This document shows positions 20,248 through 33,523 of a stretch of DNA of 48,217 nt, piece after piece (the stretch's first letter is position 1; each line of letters begins with the position of its first letter). The position numbers and the translations under genes are program-made. The stretch is from Mizuhopecten yessoensis (lineage: Eukaryota). Location of the stretch: the NCBI RefSeq assembly GCF_002113885.1, contig NW_018404455.1:807309-855525 (forward strand), in the 5' to 3' direction. Under the pieces are notes generated by a model, which saw only the letters and a list, made by a program, of their open reading frames with translations, did no database searches and was not told the origin of the DNA.

Positions 20248-23011
20248 TATTTATTAAAATCATTTCAATACTGTCATTTTTATATGTGTTTTGTAAGAAT
20301 TATGATATATGGGATAACCGGTTACATTTAGACTGTTTACGTGCTTTATAAAATATCGGGTGCATTTGGTTGGTTTATGTATTTGAGTTATAATTTTGGC
20401 AAAATAGGGTACAGCAGGCCGAGATAACATTTTATGTCACTTTGATATGGGATATCCAGATGAACGGAGACAATTTATGCATTTATGTGAGGTCATGTGG
20501 TGGATATGTGGGCGATTCATTGACTAAAAGGAATTGCCCATATATTGATATTACACCTCTTCAAAGCTGTAAATGTTATAAGACGAAATGAAACACTTTT
20601 CTCGCCGCTACCATGACATCCGACCGTAGGTGCGATTGCTATTGTACAGGTCAAAACGAAAGTTGGTTTTAAAACACTGACGGTTTTGTAGTGTTTTGGT
20701 AAAACTGTATTGAAGGCCGGCATTGATATAACTGTATATTATGATATCAGATTTATCTTATGAAGTATTCACATCCATAGGGAACAACTCAATATGCAGC
20801 AGACATTTATACCATAGGAGATATCCCAAACCCTGCAAACATATCATGACGTCATTAGAATGAGGAAACTATAAAAAATATTTTTTGTAGATGTGCTACG
20901 AAACACTTAACTTCAGATAGAACAGTAAAGTGTTCAGGTCTGTTCAAATATGAGCAACGGACTGAATCTCAACGTTAGATCCGAAGCGTCGCTGATGTAA
21001 ACAGAATTTTTCACTTCAGCTCAACTGAAAAGACACCGACATGCCTTTGTAGGCAGAAACAAGAGCTAATAAAAACTAGATAAATATAAAAGTGAAATAC
21101 TTCATGCTAATGTTGTAGTCATTAAAATCAGGATCGTATTTAAAACTATTTGAGTTCCGTATCAATTATGATTAAAATTTGTTCATCCTCTTCGATTGTT
21201 GGTGACCTGACTATTCTCTCCGGATCTGATTGGTTTTGCTGGAAATTTTTGCGCATGCGTATTACCTTATTTTGAATCTTTAATTTTCCTAAGAACTCAT
21301 GACATTTTTTCCCGTTTCTTTGGATGTCTCCAAGATTCCTAATCGTTTTTCATCTTTTGTATTGGCGCGTTTTTCTTCTTTTTCTTCTTTTTTTTTTTAC
21401 GTGACATTATTCTTATCAAGAAGATAAAGCAAATTGTGTTATCATATTCTAGGAAATTCCTGCTACATAAACGCCAATGGATACTTTTGAAACAGTACGG
21501 CTAAGGTCATTGAATATATATAAAAGAACGCCGGCTAAAGCAAAAAGTGTAACTTCTATTTATGGTTGTCATAGTTATAAACATTATTCAATAATGGCGA
21601 TAAAAGTTTTCACCTGGGACAATTTTTCCTCCCGTATTGCCTAGTTGAGTTGAAGCATCGATAAAAGAACCTGAGTCAATCGCATCCAAGAAATATAAAG
21701 TCACTACAACTGTTGATCAAATAAACGTTTGTAATTGTGATACACTTAAATGCAAGATTACGTCATTGAAACAATAAAAAGTAAAATTATTTCAAATATA
21801 AAATGCAAACAAATAAACTATAATGGTAGTATACTCTTATTACAAAAATAGAGATGAATGTTTAGAAGCTAAAAATAGAACTCAAATTATTCATTTATAT
21901 GTTTGTTTATGTCTTTCCATACATGTAGCAGGTGTTTGCTTTCAAAATATTATATTTGAAATGTGTCGTATTTTTGGTCTCAAATATCGTAATTACTCTT
22001 ATCTATTATCTGTCGGTAGTTTTGACATTAAGAGTCATGTCGCAAATTAAAGGCAGCAATTTAAATTGTTTGTGTACTGTTTAATAACAATACTCTTAGT
22101 AGTTCACGTGTCTCTGGGGATATATCAAGGTCATTAAAGCATGGTGTGTAATAGAAAAGAGAAATATTAAAATTTGATATCCGAGTTCACTCGTAACTCT
22201 TTCGAACAACAATTTATTCAATATTACAGTTTCTATCACTGTACTTTCCTATAAAAAAAAGTGCTACACCATACAATAGAATCAGGTCAATTGTTTAAAT
22301 TCATACTACAGGCAAATTTTGTGGTCGCCATCTTGATCTGTTTCGGAAATTGTTTATTTTCTTTTATTAAATGAAGGTGCATGTCCTTAACTCGTTCACA
22401 ATCTGAATATGTCGTATTACATGGATTTGACCAAGGTTTACATGGCGAGTGTTGCTGATCTATATAAGATGCTTACTCTTTCACAACCTACTTGATTTAC
22501 CTCCTTGTCTTGTGTCTTTGTTACTACTGTGTTCCTCGCCATAAGGACATGACACTACTAGATTTACATGGCGCTTACTTTTTTACAAGCTCACGGGCTT
22601 ATTCTCCTTGTCTTTTTCAGTCTTTGTTGTTTCTTTGTCACTTCCTTATTTCTCGCCATGAGGACGTAACACTACTGGGCGTTGACCTAGATGTACTTTA
22701 CAGAAGTCGTTGATGAACAGAAGATACTCACCCTTCCGGAACAACTGAACTTAATCTCCTTGTAATTTTGCAAGGCCCTACGTGTGAATAGTCCCTCTGC
22801 TCACATTTTGCCCTGATTTTACGGGTTTACGTGTAAATAGTCTGTTTGCTCACATCTTGCCCTGGTTTTACGAGTTTTCGGTTCGACTTAAAGTTTAATT
22901 GAAACTTCGGTATAAACTTGTTGTTTTTGCACTAGTTTTATCGATTTTTAATTTAAATTACGCTTGTGTTAACACACCGTTAGAGACATGTACCATTACT
23001 GATAAAGACGC

Positions 23012-23783
23012 AGGGCTTCGCTTGTTGTTTTACTGTTAGAGAATCGGGGCTTCTCTTGTTGTTTTACTGTTAGAGAATCGGGGCTTCTCTTGTTATTTTA
23101 CTGTTAGAGAATCGGGGCTTCTCTTGTTGTTTAAAGAATCGGGGCTTCTCTTGTTGTTTAACTGTTAGAGACTCAGGACTTCTCTTGTTGTTTTACTGTT
23201 AGAGACTCAGGGGCTCTCTTGTTATTTTACTGTTAGAGACTCAGGGCTTCTCTTGTTGTTTAACTGTTGGAGACTCAGGACTTCTCTTGTTGTTTTACTG
23301 CTAGAGACTCATGGGTTCTCTTGTTGTTTTACTGTTAGAGACTCATTGCCTCTCTTGTTGTTTTACTGTTGGAGACTCATTGCCTCTCTTGTTGTTTTAC
23401 TGTTAGAGACTCAGGGCCTCTCTTGTTGTTTTATTGTTAGAGACTTAATGCGTCTATTGTTGTTTTACTGTAAGAGACTCAGGGCTTCTCTTGTTGTGTA
23501 ACTGTTAGAGATTCAGGACTTTTCTTGTTGGTTGACTGTTAGAGACTCATGGCTTCTCTTGTTGTTTTACTGTTAAAGACTCAGGACTTCTCTTGTTGTT
23601 TTACTGTTAGAGACTCAAGACTTCTTTTATTGTTTTACTGTTAGAGACTCATGGCTTCTCTTGTTGTTTACCTGTTAGAGACTCATGGCTTCTCTTGTTG
23701 TTTAACTGTTAGAGACTCAGGGCTTCTCTTATTGTTTTACTGTTAGAGGCTCAGGACTTATCTTGTTGTTTTTACTGTTAGAG
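23012..23783. repeat. 34-bp minisatellite x~22
   Basis: gggcttctcttgttgttttactgttagagactca. Confidence 0.95.
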
Positions 23784-25567
23784 CTCTTAGATAATGGACA
23801 TTGAACACCTCTTTTTTTTCCTTAATAATTGTCATTTTTCGTTTTGTTATTTTCCTTCTTCATGTAGTTTTTCTGGTTTCTCTCTTGACCAAACTGCATT
23901 TGTTGGTCCTATATGGCCTTGTTTTGTTAATCTAAGGCCGTGATAAATACGTAAGAATCTAGTTAAGACAATCAACAATATCCAACCATGACATCATATT
24001 CAGTCGAAAGACTAGAGAAAGTAAAATTTATTCAAGTCAAAGATGTTAATAACATACAAGTATATTCGTATATTCAACGCACTTGAATATTTGGTACAAT
24101 TTTTTACTTATATCTCTAACTACTTTCTTAAGTTCCTTTATAATGTATTCTCAGATTATTTGGTTGAAGTCATCAGATGTTGTCAGTTCACGAAGTAAAG
24201 GGGGACTGGTTATCTCCTGGTTTTCCTGTGGTTAAAACCGAAATTAAACTTGATAATTGATTGTACAAATACGCTACAAATACATAATATATGTTAATGA
24301 TATATGTTAATTGGTGTTAAGTGTTTATCAATTTATTTCGGAATTTCAGTTTCCATTTACTTTTTAAAACAGTTTTTTCTAAATATATCAAATGAATGAT
24401 CTACATAATTGTAATAGATTCGGAGTTTGTGAACGTCATTGAACAAGTAGCAATATTATTTTTACCTGAAGCAATATATTTATATAGTAAAATGATAGAA
24501 TAAACTTATAATAAAGCTCTGTTTATACTATAGGTTATTCAACAAATGTTAACAGATAAGTGTTCAGAACCTGGGTCTCCTCGACTGCCAGAGCCTCTTC
24601 CATCTGTTGATAAACCAAGGAATGAGTAGATTATATTATACTCATATAATACAGTTTTAACATTATTTAAATATTCGTAATCAATATTATATAATTTTGT
24701 CATGAGTTCTGTATTATAACAACCGTCGTTTTCGTTCGAGATTTTTTTTCTTGTATAGCTGTATTTTGTTGAAACCTAATATAACAGCATTTTCAAAAAT
24801 ATTTGCTACCTTGCTATTTCTGTCATCGTCACTATATAAGACATAAAACAATTTTCCTATTAAGAAATCATGCAGATAAAGTTATAGATATTCTAAATGT
24901 ATTTTTAACCAAGTGAAAAGTCTATTACTTTTTTAAACATTAAGTAAAACAACAGTCTTAAGCAATGTATCAATATTCAGGTTTCATAACAAAATGAATT
25001 ACTTACTTGTGACAGAACGACGAATCGGCCCCGTAGCTGTGAAACAAGCGGCAGCTCTCATTAGTGTAGTTAGCAATAGATTTATTTTCATTTCTTTGCA
25101 TCTTTTAATAAGAACATTCATTAATATTATCAGTCCCTTATGGCTTATTAATTATGTATTACATTATAATTTTCAGTTAGGCCATAAGTACATGTCATTC
25201 ATATCAGACAAAAGGTACCGACATACTTTATAACCATTCAAATTATCTATAAATGTTTGTGTAAGTCATCCTCCACATAGTTGTTCCACACATCTTGCAA
25301 CGCCTTTTATATTATAAATGTTGTTAAGATTTTGTTCTATTGAAACACACAAAAAATAAGTAAACAAAAAGCAACCATTTCCGGAAGTCAAACCTGCAAA
25401 GGAAGGTGACTCCAATGCAGAATAAAATGTTGCTATATTTAAAAATCTATATGGGAAATACTCGAATTGAAGTAAATATAATCTTTGCGATTATAACTGC
25501 ATTGTTTCCCTGTTCCTAAATCCTTGATGAAATCTTGTTAGTAAATTAACGAACTCGATTCAAGTAC

Positions 25568-25665
25568 AGGCACCAGGTAGCTCTGTTGGTTAGACCGCCA
25601 GTCTACAATTCGGAGGTTCTGTGTTCAAAACCCAATGTGGTTGTAACATTTCTCCTTTCCTGTTA
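25568..25665 (+). mobile_element. Degenerate tRNA-derived interspersed repeat
   Basis: A-box-like tagctctgttggttag and B-box-like gttcaaaaccc; acceptor and T stems do not pair. Confidence 0.5.
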
Positions 25666-28600
25666 AACAATTAATATGCTAAACGACGAAAACCTCACCG
25701 TGTTATTGTAAGGAAACACAATAAGGACAAGAAATGATTGAAAGTAGATAGAAGATCGGTAACCTACCTTGTCCGCTGAATGGACTATTGTTTTTATTAT
25801 TTTCGACGTCGGTTTGAATCTCTATTGAGAGGAAAATTGATTACAATGACCTCCTCATTCAAATCATTAAAACGCATTCCGCAAGCGTTTAATATGCATC
25901 TTGATTTATGAACAAATATATTTACAAGAATGACATTGCATATTAGAACTTTACTTTGTTTTACAAGAGTTGATGTAAGTTATAGCATCATATTTACAAC
26001 CATTGAAGCTAATACATAAAATACCAATTTCATTTGTATCTGCAATTGTATTGAGAAATCTACATATCGGTATTGTTAGTTATTCATGAGTGTATTATCC
26101 AGTATGAATTATTTGAGCTGAACTGTTTTGATAATGCTAAACTTGTAAAAACATCATACTCCTATGAAAAAACCTACAGAAATAATAGTTGCATGTATTG
26201 AAAAGTCATAACAGTTTTAATAACAGCTAAATACTATCATTATATATATACAGAACAAAACCTACCAGTCCATTGGCATCTGAGACGCTGATAATTGCTA
26301 CCAACATAACAGAAATTATAATAATGGTCAGAGACTTCATCTTTCGATATATCCGATTTTCGTCTTAATGTCTTGTAAATAGGACACTTATTTCTGTAGT
26401 TTCTCTGGTTGTATGTAACGAAGTATTAGTTGTCAGGCGTATTTATACTTACGTACGAGAGCAATGTTCTCTTAATGAATAACGCATCCGTTATATTAGA
26501 TCATGACTTTTTCTAATAAAATCCAGGTAATAAATGGGTAGATTAGAGGTTAAATACAGGTTAGATGTAAACAGATAGCAGAGCAGGTCACATGATACAG
26601 GTAAATGAACTTTCATATTTCACACACGACAGCCTAATCGGACACGACAGCCTAATCGGACACGACAATCTAAAGATAAACTAAAATATGTATTTATATT
26701 GCACATTTAATTACCAATTATAAATCTTTTTTTTGTATCGATGTACTGATTTAAATAGCTTTTTGCACGTAAATGATTGCAAGGTCTGGTAAATTAAACC
26801 ACTTCGGCTCAACCAATACAGTGTTTCATATTGAGAGAGAAACATACCACAAGGATATCACGCTTGCCATACACCTATTTATCGAGAGAAATACCGATCG
26901 AAACCGTATTTCGAACACAAAAACGATAAATCTAGAGCAAGATATAATCAAAGGAAGTGTTTACCCTTTAACGTTTTGAGAATTTTTGTGCCATTGTTTT
27001 GAAATTAGCACTACACATACAAAGTAAGGAGCACCTATTTACTGAACTAATAAATCAATGCTGAAAGCCACGCAAAATAAACATTTGCTGCACCTAATGG
27101 TCGAGTTACCATCAGCGTTCCTGAAGGTAGAATATATGTCTAATAGAAAACGTTAAACGTCTATCTTAAGCAAACCTTGTCAGAATATATTCTATCTGCA
27201 AACATACGTCAAACAAAAAGTATAGCATCGTCCATTTCGATCAAGAATTATGAGAAATAAATGCAAATTTAAAAAAAAAAATGTAATTAGGAAAAGTGCA
27301 TGACCAATTTTTCAAAAATTAACAAAACTACTTTTATCTACATAAAACATTTCTGGTACCTACGTCATCAAAGTCCATTTAGAATATATATCATAAACGG
27401 CTTTGTCGTTCTCATTTGTCTATTCCCATATATGGTAAATTGATCAGTTTTCTTGTCATATCTACCTGCAGAAATTGAATAAACAAGCTGACAGATCTCC
27501 CATTCATCAGCGATACTTTTATTTTCGTTTTCAATTCTTCATTCTTAATATGCACTTATCGTATATAGATATAAAATGTCTCGCCCATAAACCCTGGTTT
27601 CTCTACTGTTAGCATCTACTTGCCTCTTGAGCAGTCTCCTACATCATTGATACATAGGTTTCTGTACTTTTCCTGTCCCTAATCTCCTTACACGATATAT
27701 TACGTACCTCCACAATCCTGGTCCCTAATCTCATTTCCTATATTAGATAAGTTGTACCCCATCAGAGTCTACAATCCATAGCAGCGACCCAGCATTTGAT
27801 CGGCGCTGTATCCTACCACTCGTCCAACCAATAACTCCCTGTTTATCAGGGATTCAGACGTACACCCTATTTGTAGCTTGATAAAATTAAGAAAACCTAG
27901 TCGAAAATGTCAATACGAATTTCTCGCAGACTAAATTAAAAATTGGATTTTCTATTAAAACGCGCAAAATACGTCGTCTTTTAGGAATAATAACTTAACT
28001 ATAAGTCTGTAATGTGTTAAGGTGCATGCTCTAGTTCACAAAGGCTATATATTTGTATGTATAAACCAAGTCGTGTGAAATCCTTTAATAGTTAAACAGG
28101 TTAATAAGTTTATTTAGACTACAACACCAAGGGTCCTGATACCCATTCTGATGGTCCAGCGAAAAAACACTTGCTGTCAATACAATGAATACATTTACTT
28201 TACACCTACGAATATAAAATGTGATTCAATTTTTCAGAATTTCTTTTCCGTTCGACTTTAGGACAAGGATCACAATAATCTTGCTGTATTAATGTCATTA
28301 TTTTTAACGAAATAGTTCACTTGTACGTGTTGACGAACAATTAAGATAACCATGGTTTTCCAGTGAAGAATCTGCAAAATACGCTGCAGAAATATATTAC
28401 CTTAGGCCACTTAACGATCACGAAACGATTTTTTCCTTTCGGAACAAAGATTTTACCTCGGGTTTTGTGTAGGGTTTGTGATATTTAAATGTTTCGTCCA
28501 TTACTGTAGTCCTATAGTGTCGCATTTGACTTCTTTATGCTTTTATATAGTGGTTTATTCGTTGTTTTCTGCCGTTTATTGTGTATGACTTTAGGTGTGT

Positions 28601-28716
28601 TTATCCTCAATCGTTTTCCTCTGTTTTTTATTATGCTGTTGTTGTTTATCCTGCTGTTTTCCATCATATTTTTTTTATCAAACAGGTGTTGGTTATAGAG
28701 CTGATATGTACACTGA

Positions 28717-28850
28717 GGGTGGTCGGTCGACGCAGTGGAAAGCGTACTCGTCAGTTCACCAAGACGACCAGGGTTCGATACTCAGATCACACGTGGAAAG
28801 GCACCTGCCCGACAACGTGGGTTTTTCTCTGGGTGCTCCGGTTTCCTCCC
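28717..28850 (+). mobile_element. tRNA-derived SINE with V-domain-like core, 3'-truncated
   Basis: A box cgcagtgg, B box ggttcgatac, then gtgggtttttctctgggtgctccggtttcctccc. Confidence 0.7.
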
Positions 28851-29776
28851 TGCAGATATATTATAATCTCTTTATATTGTCCCCTTATTAGCCTAATAGC
28901 CTAATTGTCCAAAGGTCCAAATTAGTTGCGTCATACTTGTATATACTCATGCAGCTGGATACGGCAACAATTTTCATTCGCAAACGTAGAGGTGTCAGGA
29001 GAGGAAAAAGGAAGTAACACGAAAAAAATGACTGACTTTGCGTTGCATGCCGATGAACCACATAGGAATTATATAAACGGCGAGCGGATCCAATTGATGG
29101 TCCCATTAATGTTTGTCCTTATACGAACACGTGATCAACGTCAACATTTCAATTTGTTTCCTCGTTCTTAAGTACACCCGATCTTAAGTACACACTATTT
29201 GGAAAGAATACCGCTTTTGTCAAATTGTGTTTTTATTCAATTTATTTTTCAATTTTACTTTTTCATGTCATTTTGACAGAATGAAACAGGATGTGTATTG
29301 CAACGAACATGATCGTCTGTTAGAAGCCTGTGTATTCAGTTGAAGAAAATAAATTTCCAGAAGATTAAATTAATATGAGTTCGTATTCCCTGATCACTGT
29401 GCTTGAGAAAGACATCCATTCTATTGTTCGAAATAAAGCTGCACTTTAAAAACTTGACTACATTACTGGAGAGAGATTGTCACAGTTCCTGTTGCCTAAT
29501 GTGTAGCCAGTACTTGGTTTTACCGCAGTGAGATAGCCACAGTTCCCTCCGACTAGGTTGTAGACAATTAACATGGCATACCAAAGCGAGATAGCCACAA
29601 TTCCTTTGTCTAGAGTGTAGCCAGTAGTATGTTATACTGGATACTTGGTCTATCTAGCAAGGGTGTAACTAATGGAGCGTTTTTGCAATCGTCATAGTTC
29701 CCTCTGATAACAAGGTAAATAAGTGTCTGTTATATCAAATATCACCACAGTTTTCTCTAGCTTGAGTGTGTCAAAT

Positions 29777-30267
29777 ATAGAAGAGCTTACATGAGTGACC
29801 ATGTCATCTTCAATTTATTGAACTCGTTTAATAGATTCAATATGACATGAACACGAATGTCAGATTTTATTCATCGCATATTATTCACTTTTGTTTGAAA
29901 AAAAAACACAACACAATTATGTGTTATCAGCCGACTCTAAATAGTTAAAACCAAAGTACTCCAATCATAGTATTGTAGTTCGGCGCAGTACATAGTAGTT
30001 CCAGATTTGTTTCTCTTTTCAAATCATAAAGTGTTTTAAATGCCATGAAAATAATAATCACAAAATAAGCTTTTCAAATTCAATTTAAAAAAACCGGTAA
30101 ATGTATCATATTCTTATAGAACATAGAAGAAGTACCTTTAGTGGCGTAGGAATATTTTCCTAATGTTTTAATCAATCACAGCACCTTTAAGTTTTATTAC
30201 ACATGCGTAAAATCATATTGATGACATGGACGTATGACATTGTAAAATTGATCTGTTACGTGATAAA
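29777..30267. mobile_element. Non-autonomous hairpin-bearing insertion (MITE/Helentron-associated type) interrupting a degenerate satellite
   Basis: Hairpin catgtcatcttcaatttattgaac / gtttaatagattcaatatgacatg (29800-29849); satellite-like sequence resumes on both sides. Confidence 0.4.
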
Positions 30268-30456
30268 ATGTGTCATGAAAATCGTCATAGTTCCCTCTGA
30301 TGAAAGAGTAACTAAGTGTAAGTTGTATCAGAGATCACCACAGTTCTCTCTAGCTTGAGTGTGTCAGATATAATGTGTTATGGAAATCGTCATATTTCCC
30401 TCTTACTGGAGTATAGCCACAACTGTAGTAATGTTTTCTACTCAAGCGAGATTTTA

Positions 30457-31504
30457 CAGTTCCCTTCTGCCTAGAGTTAAGATGGCATGATGGTATACTG
30501 GAGCCAGATCGTGACAGTTCCCTTCTGCCTAGAATGTAGATGGCATGATGGTATACTGGAGCCAGATCGACACATTTCCCTTCTGCCTAGAGTGTAGATG
30601 GCATGATGATATACTGGAGCCAGATCGACACAGTTCCCTGCTGCCTAGAGTGAAGATGGCATGATGGTATACTGGAGCCAGATCGCCACAGTTCCCTTCT
30701 GCCTAGAGTGTAGATGGCATGATGGTATACTGGAGCCAGATCGTCACTGTTCCCTTCTGCCTAGAGTGAAGATGGCATGATGATATACTGGAGCCAGATC
30801 GACACAGTTCCCTTCTGCCTAGAGTGAAGATGGCACGATGGTATACTGGAGCCAGATCGTCACAGTTCCCTTCTACCTAGAGTGTAGATGGCATGATGGT
30901 ATACTGGAGCCAGATCTTCACAGTTCCCTTCTGCCTAGAGTGAAGATGGCATGATGGTATACTGGAGCCAGATCGTCACGGTTCCCTTCTGCCTAGAGTG
31001 TAGATGGCATGATGGTATACTGGAGCCAGATCTTCACAGTTCCCTTCTGCCTAGAGTGAAGATGGCATGATGATATACTGGAGCCAGATCGACACAGTTC
31101 CCTGCTGCCTAGAGTGAAGATGGCATGATGGTATACTGGAGCCAAATCGCCACAGTTCCCTTCTGCCTAGAGTGTAGATGGCATGATGATATACTCGAGC
31201 CAGATCGTCACAGTTCCCTTCTGCCCAGAGTGAAGATGGCATGATGTTATACTGGAGCCAGATCGTCACAGTTCCCTTCTGCCTAGAGTTTAGATGGCAT
31301 GATGGTATACTGGAGCCAGATCGTCACTGTTCCCTTCTGCCTAGAGTGAAGATGGCATGATGGTATACTGGAGCCAGATCTTCACAGTTCCCTTCTGCCT
31401 AGAGTGAAGATGCATGATGATATACTGGAGCCAGATCGACACAGTTCCCTTCTGCCTAGAGTGAAGATGGCATGATGGTATACTGGAGCCAGATCGTCAC
31501 AGTT
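30457..31504. repeat. 58-bp minisatellite x~18 with degenerate flanking copies (29465-29776, 30280-30456, 31505-31680)
   Basis: cagttcccttctgcctagagtgaagatggcatgatggtatactggagccagatcgtca. Confidence 0.95.
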
Positions 31505-31914
31505 GCATATGTGTTTAGTGTAGCTAGTAGTGCATTATGTAGTCGCAGTTGCCTCTAGCTTCAGGTTAGCATTAAGTGTGTAATACTGGAGTAATTTTTA
31601 AATATCTTTCTCTCTTGAGTGTAACTAATAATGTGTTCTACTGTCTGAAGACCGTCACAGGTCCCTCTGTCTAGTGTGTTCCTACCTTTATAGTCGAAAA
31701 TCAGGTGACTACGTTGACTGAACAATTGATGATTGTCTTTTTTATGTCAAATTTTGTTTCCTTATGTTTCCCTATGTTACATTGTAACACAAATTATCTT
31801 ACGACCTGTGTTGAAACATCAAGCTTTATACGACCTCTGTTGACATCAGTCATTATATGACCCGTGTTGACATCAGTCGGTATGTAATCCACGTTTTGAC
31901 AGCAGTCATTATAT

Positions 31915-32264
31915 GACACGGTAGTCTAGTGGTAGGACGCCGGGCTCGTGATCGACGGGTTGCGAGTTCGAGTCACTTCATGGTCACTGTTGTTTCTTTG
32001 AGCAAGATACTTAACTCCGCTTGTTCTAGTCTACTCAACTGTAAATGACTACGTGGTTGCGAAGTGCTAGTAATTTAAAATGCTAGCTGTGAGCGCCAAA
32101 ATGACGGCACCGGATGTATGCTCCCCAGGTAGTTAAGAAATATATTGGCTTTTTACAGAGGCCCTATAACCACGGATTATAATATGTGAACCGCTTTGAG
32201 ACGACCTGCGAACTGGGTTGTAATAAAGCGGTATATAAGAACCTCGAATTATTATTATTATTAT
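31915..32264 (+). mobile_element. Apparently full-length tRNA-derived CORE-type SINE with L2-like tail and (TTA)n
   Basis: A box tagtctagtgg, B box gttcgagtc, CORE-like ctttgagcaagatacttaac...ctgtaaatg, tail tgtgaaccgctttgag...gcggtatataag, (tta)n. Inserted in a degenerate ~27-bp repeat (31790-32420). Confidence 0.8.
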
Positions 32265-33367
32265 AACATCCACTGTTATACGACCTCTGACGGCATGAAT
32301 CGTTATATGACGTCTGTTGATTCAGCCATCATATGACCTCTGTTGACGCCAATAGGTATTTGACCTATGTGTTGACAAAACCCTTATATGGATCAATGTT
32401 GGCATCAATCGTCATATGACTTATGTCTTGTCAAAAATAGTCAACAGCCTATCTTATCATGAATCATTATTTGACATGTGTGTCGGTCTCCGTCATCATA
32501 TGACATGAGTGTTGATATATATTTGTATGTTCTTACAGGATAACAAAACGCAAACAAAAGCTTGAAGTAGTTTGTGTCAGACACAAGACACCATGTTATG
32601 TTTGTAATTGTTTCTTTCATATAAGTTAACATATAACAAAATGTACACGCAAAACAATTTAAAGGTCTCTGAATATACACACTCTCTGAATATGTACAGT
32701 TTCTGGATATATAGTACACCATAATTTCCATGCAGAAGATTTAGTGAATATGAATTTTCATTCATAAGGTGGGATAGCACGGTGTCTGTGAAAGTGACCG
32801 TGAACGTAAAAGCTAGATATTCTAATCCTGTTTGCAAACACCATCGATTTGTGCTTAAAAATATAATGCGTTCAACTTTGATAGTCTGAAAGAGGTGTTG
32901 TGGTTTAAACATGTTTATACGACTGTAAACATACGTGTGCGTTTTATATGGTCTATCTTACAGGTGACCTTTTAAACAACTCGAAGAACTGGGGCATGCT
33001 GATGCCTAATAGACGTTTCAATATCGCAAATAAAGGTTTATAACCTTATCGTGGAGTAAAGTCCATTTGTCAGTAGCAGCCATATGTCTTATGAATTAAA
33101 GTAGCGTCCTGTCTTCAGATACGAGAAGAATGAACAATCATATTTATACCCTGGAATGGTTTCCGTTTAGCCTATGGAAGCGTTAGCCACCATATCACCA
33201 AAAGATTAGTGATCATATCAACATATACAACAGTCAGTACTGGTAGAGTTTCCAATTGTTTGATTTAGCTCAATCACCCCTGACGACACATTTTAATTAT
33301 CCCAATTCAAAGGTTTGAATAGTTCATTATGAAATGTCAGGGGTGGATGAGGTTCTATCCTCTAGTT

Positions 33368-33523
33368 CTAGAACTGGAAAGGTCGTTGTCTCTGGTTATG
33401 TCTCTTGCATTGTTCCTTGACCCGCGACATATTGTGACTGATGCTAATGTCTTTGTAGGACTCCCAGTTGACCCGCGTGATCAGTTGTTCTTGCAGCTCT
33501 TCGTCCGTAGGATAGGGGGACAC
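33368..33523 (-). CDS. CNBD gene last coding exon (VSPYPTDEELQEQL...RPFQF*)
   Basis: attacag acceptor; TAG at 33370-33368. Confidence 0.9.
   Translation of the reverse strand: MSPYPTDEELQEQLITRVNWESYKDISISHNMSRVKEQCKRHNQRQRPFQF

Noticed and set aside
19751-20351. ORFs spanning the N-run
   Set aside because: Artefacts of the gap and the (TC)n microsatellite.
25568-25646. Functional tRNA gene
   Set aside because: Cloverleaf stems do not pair; treated as a tRNA-derived repeat.
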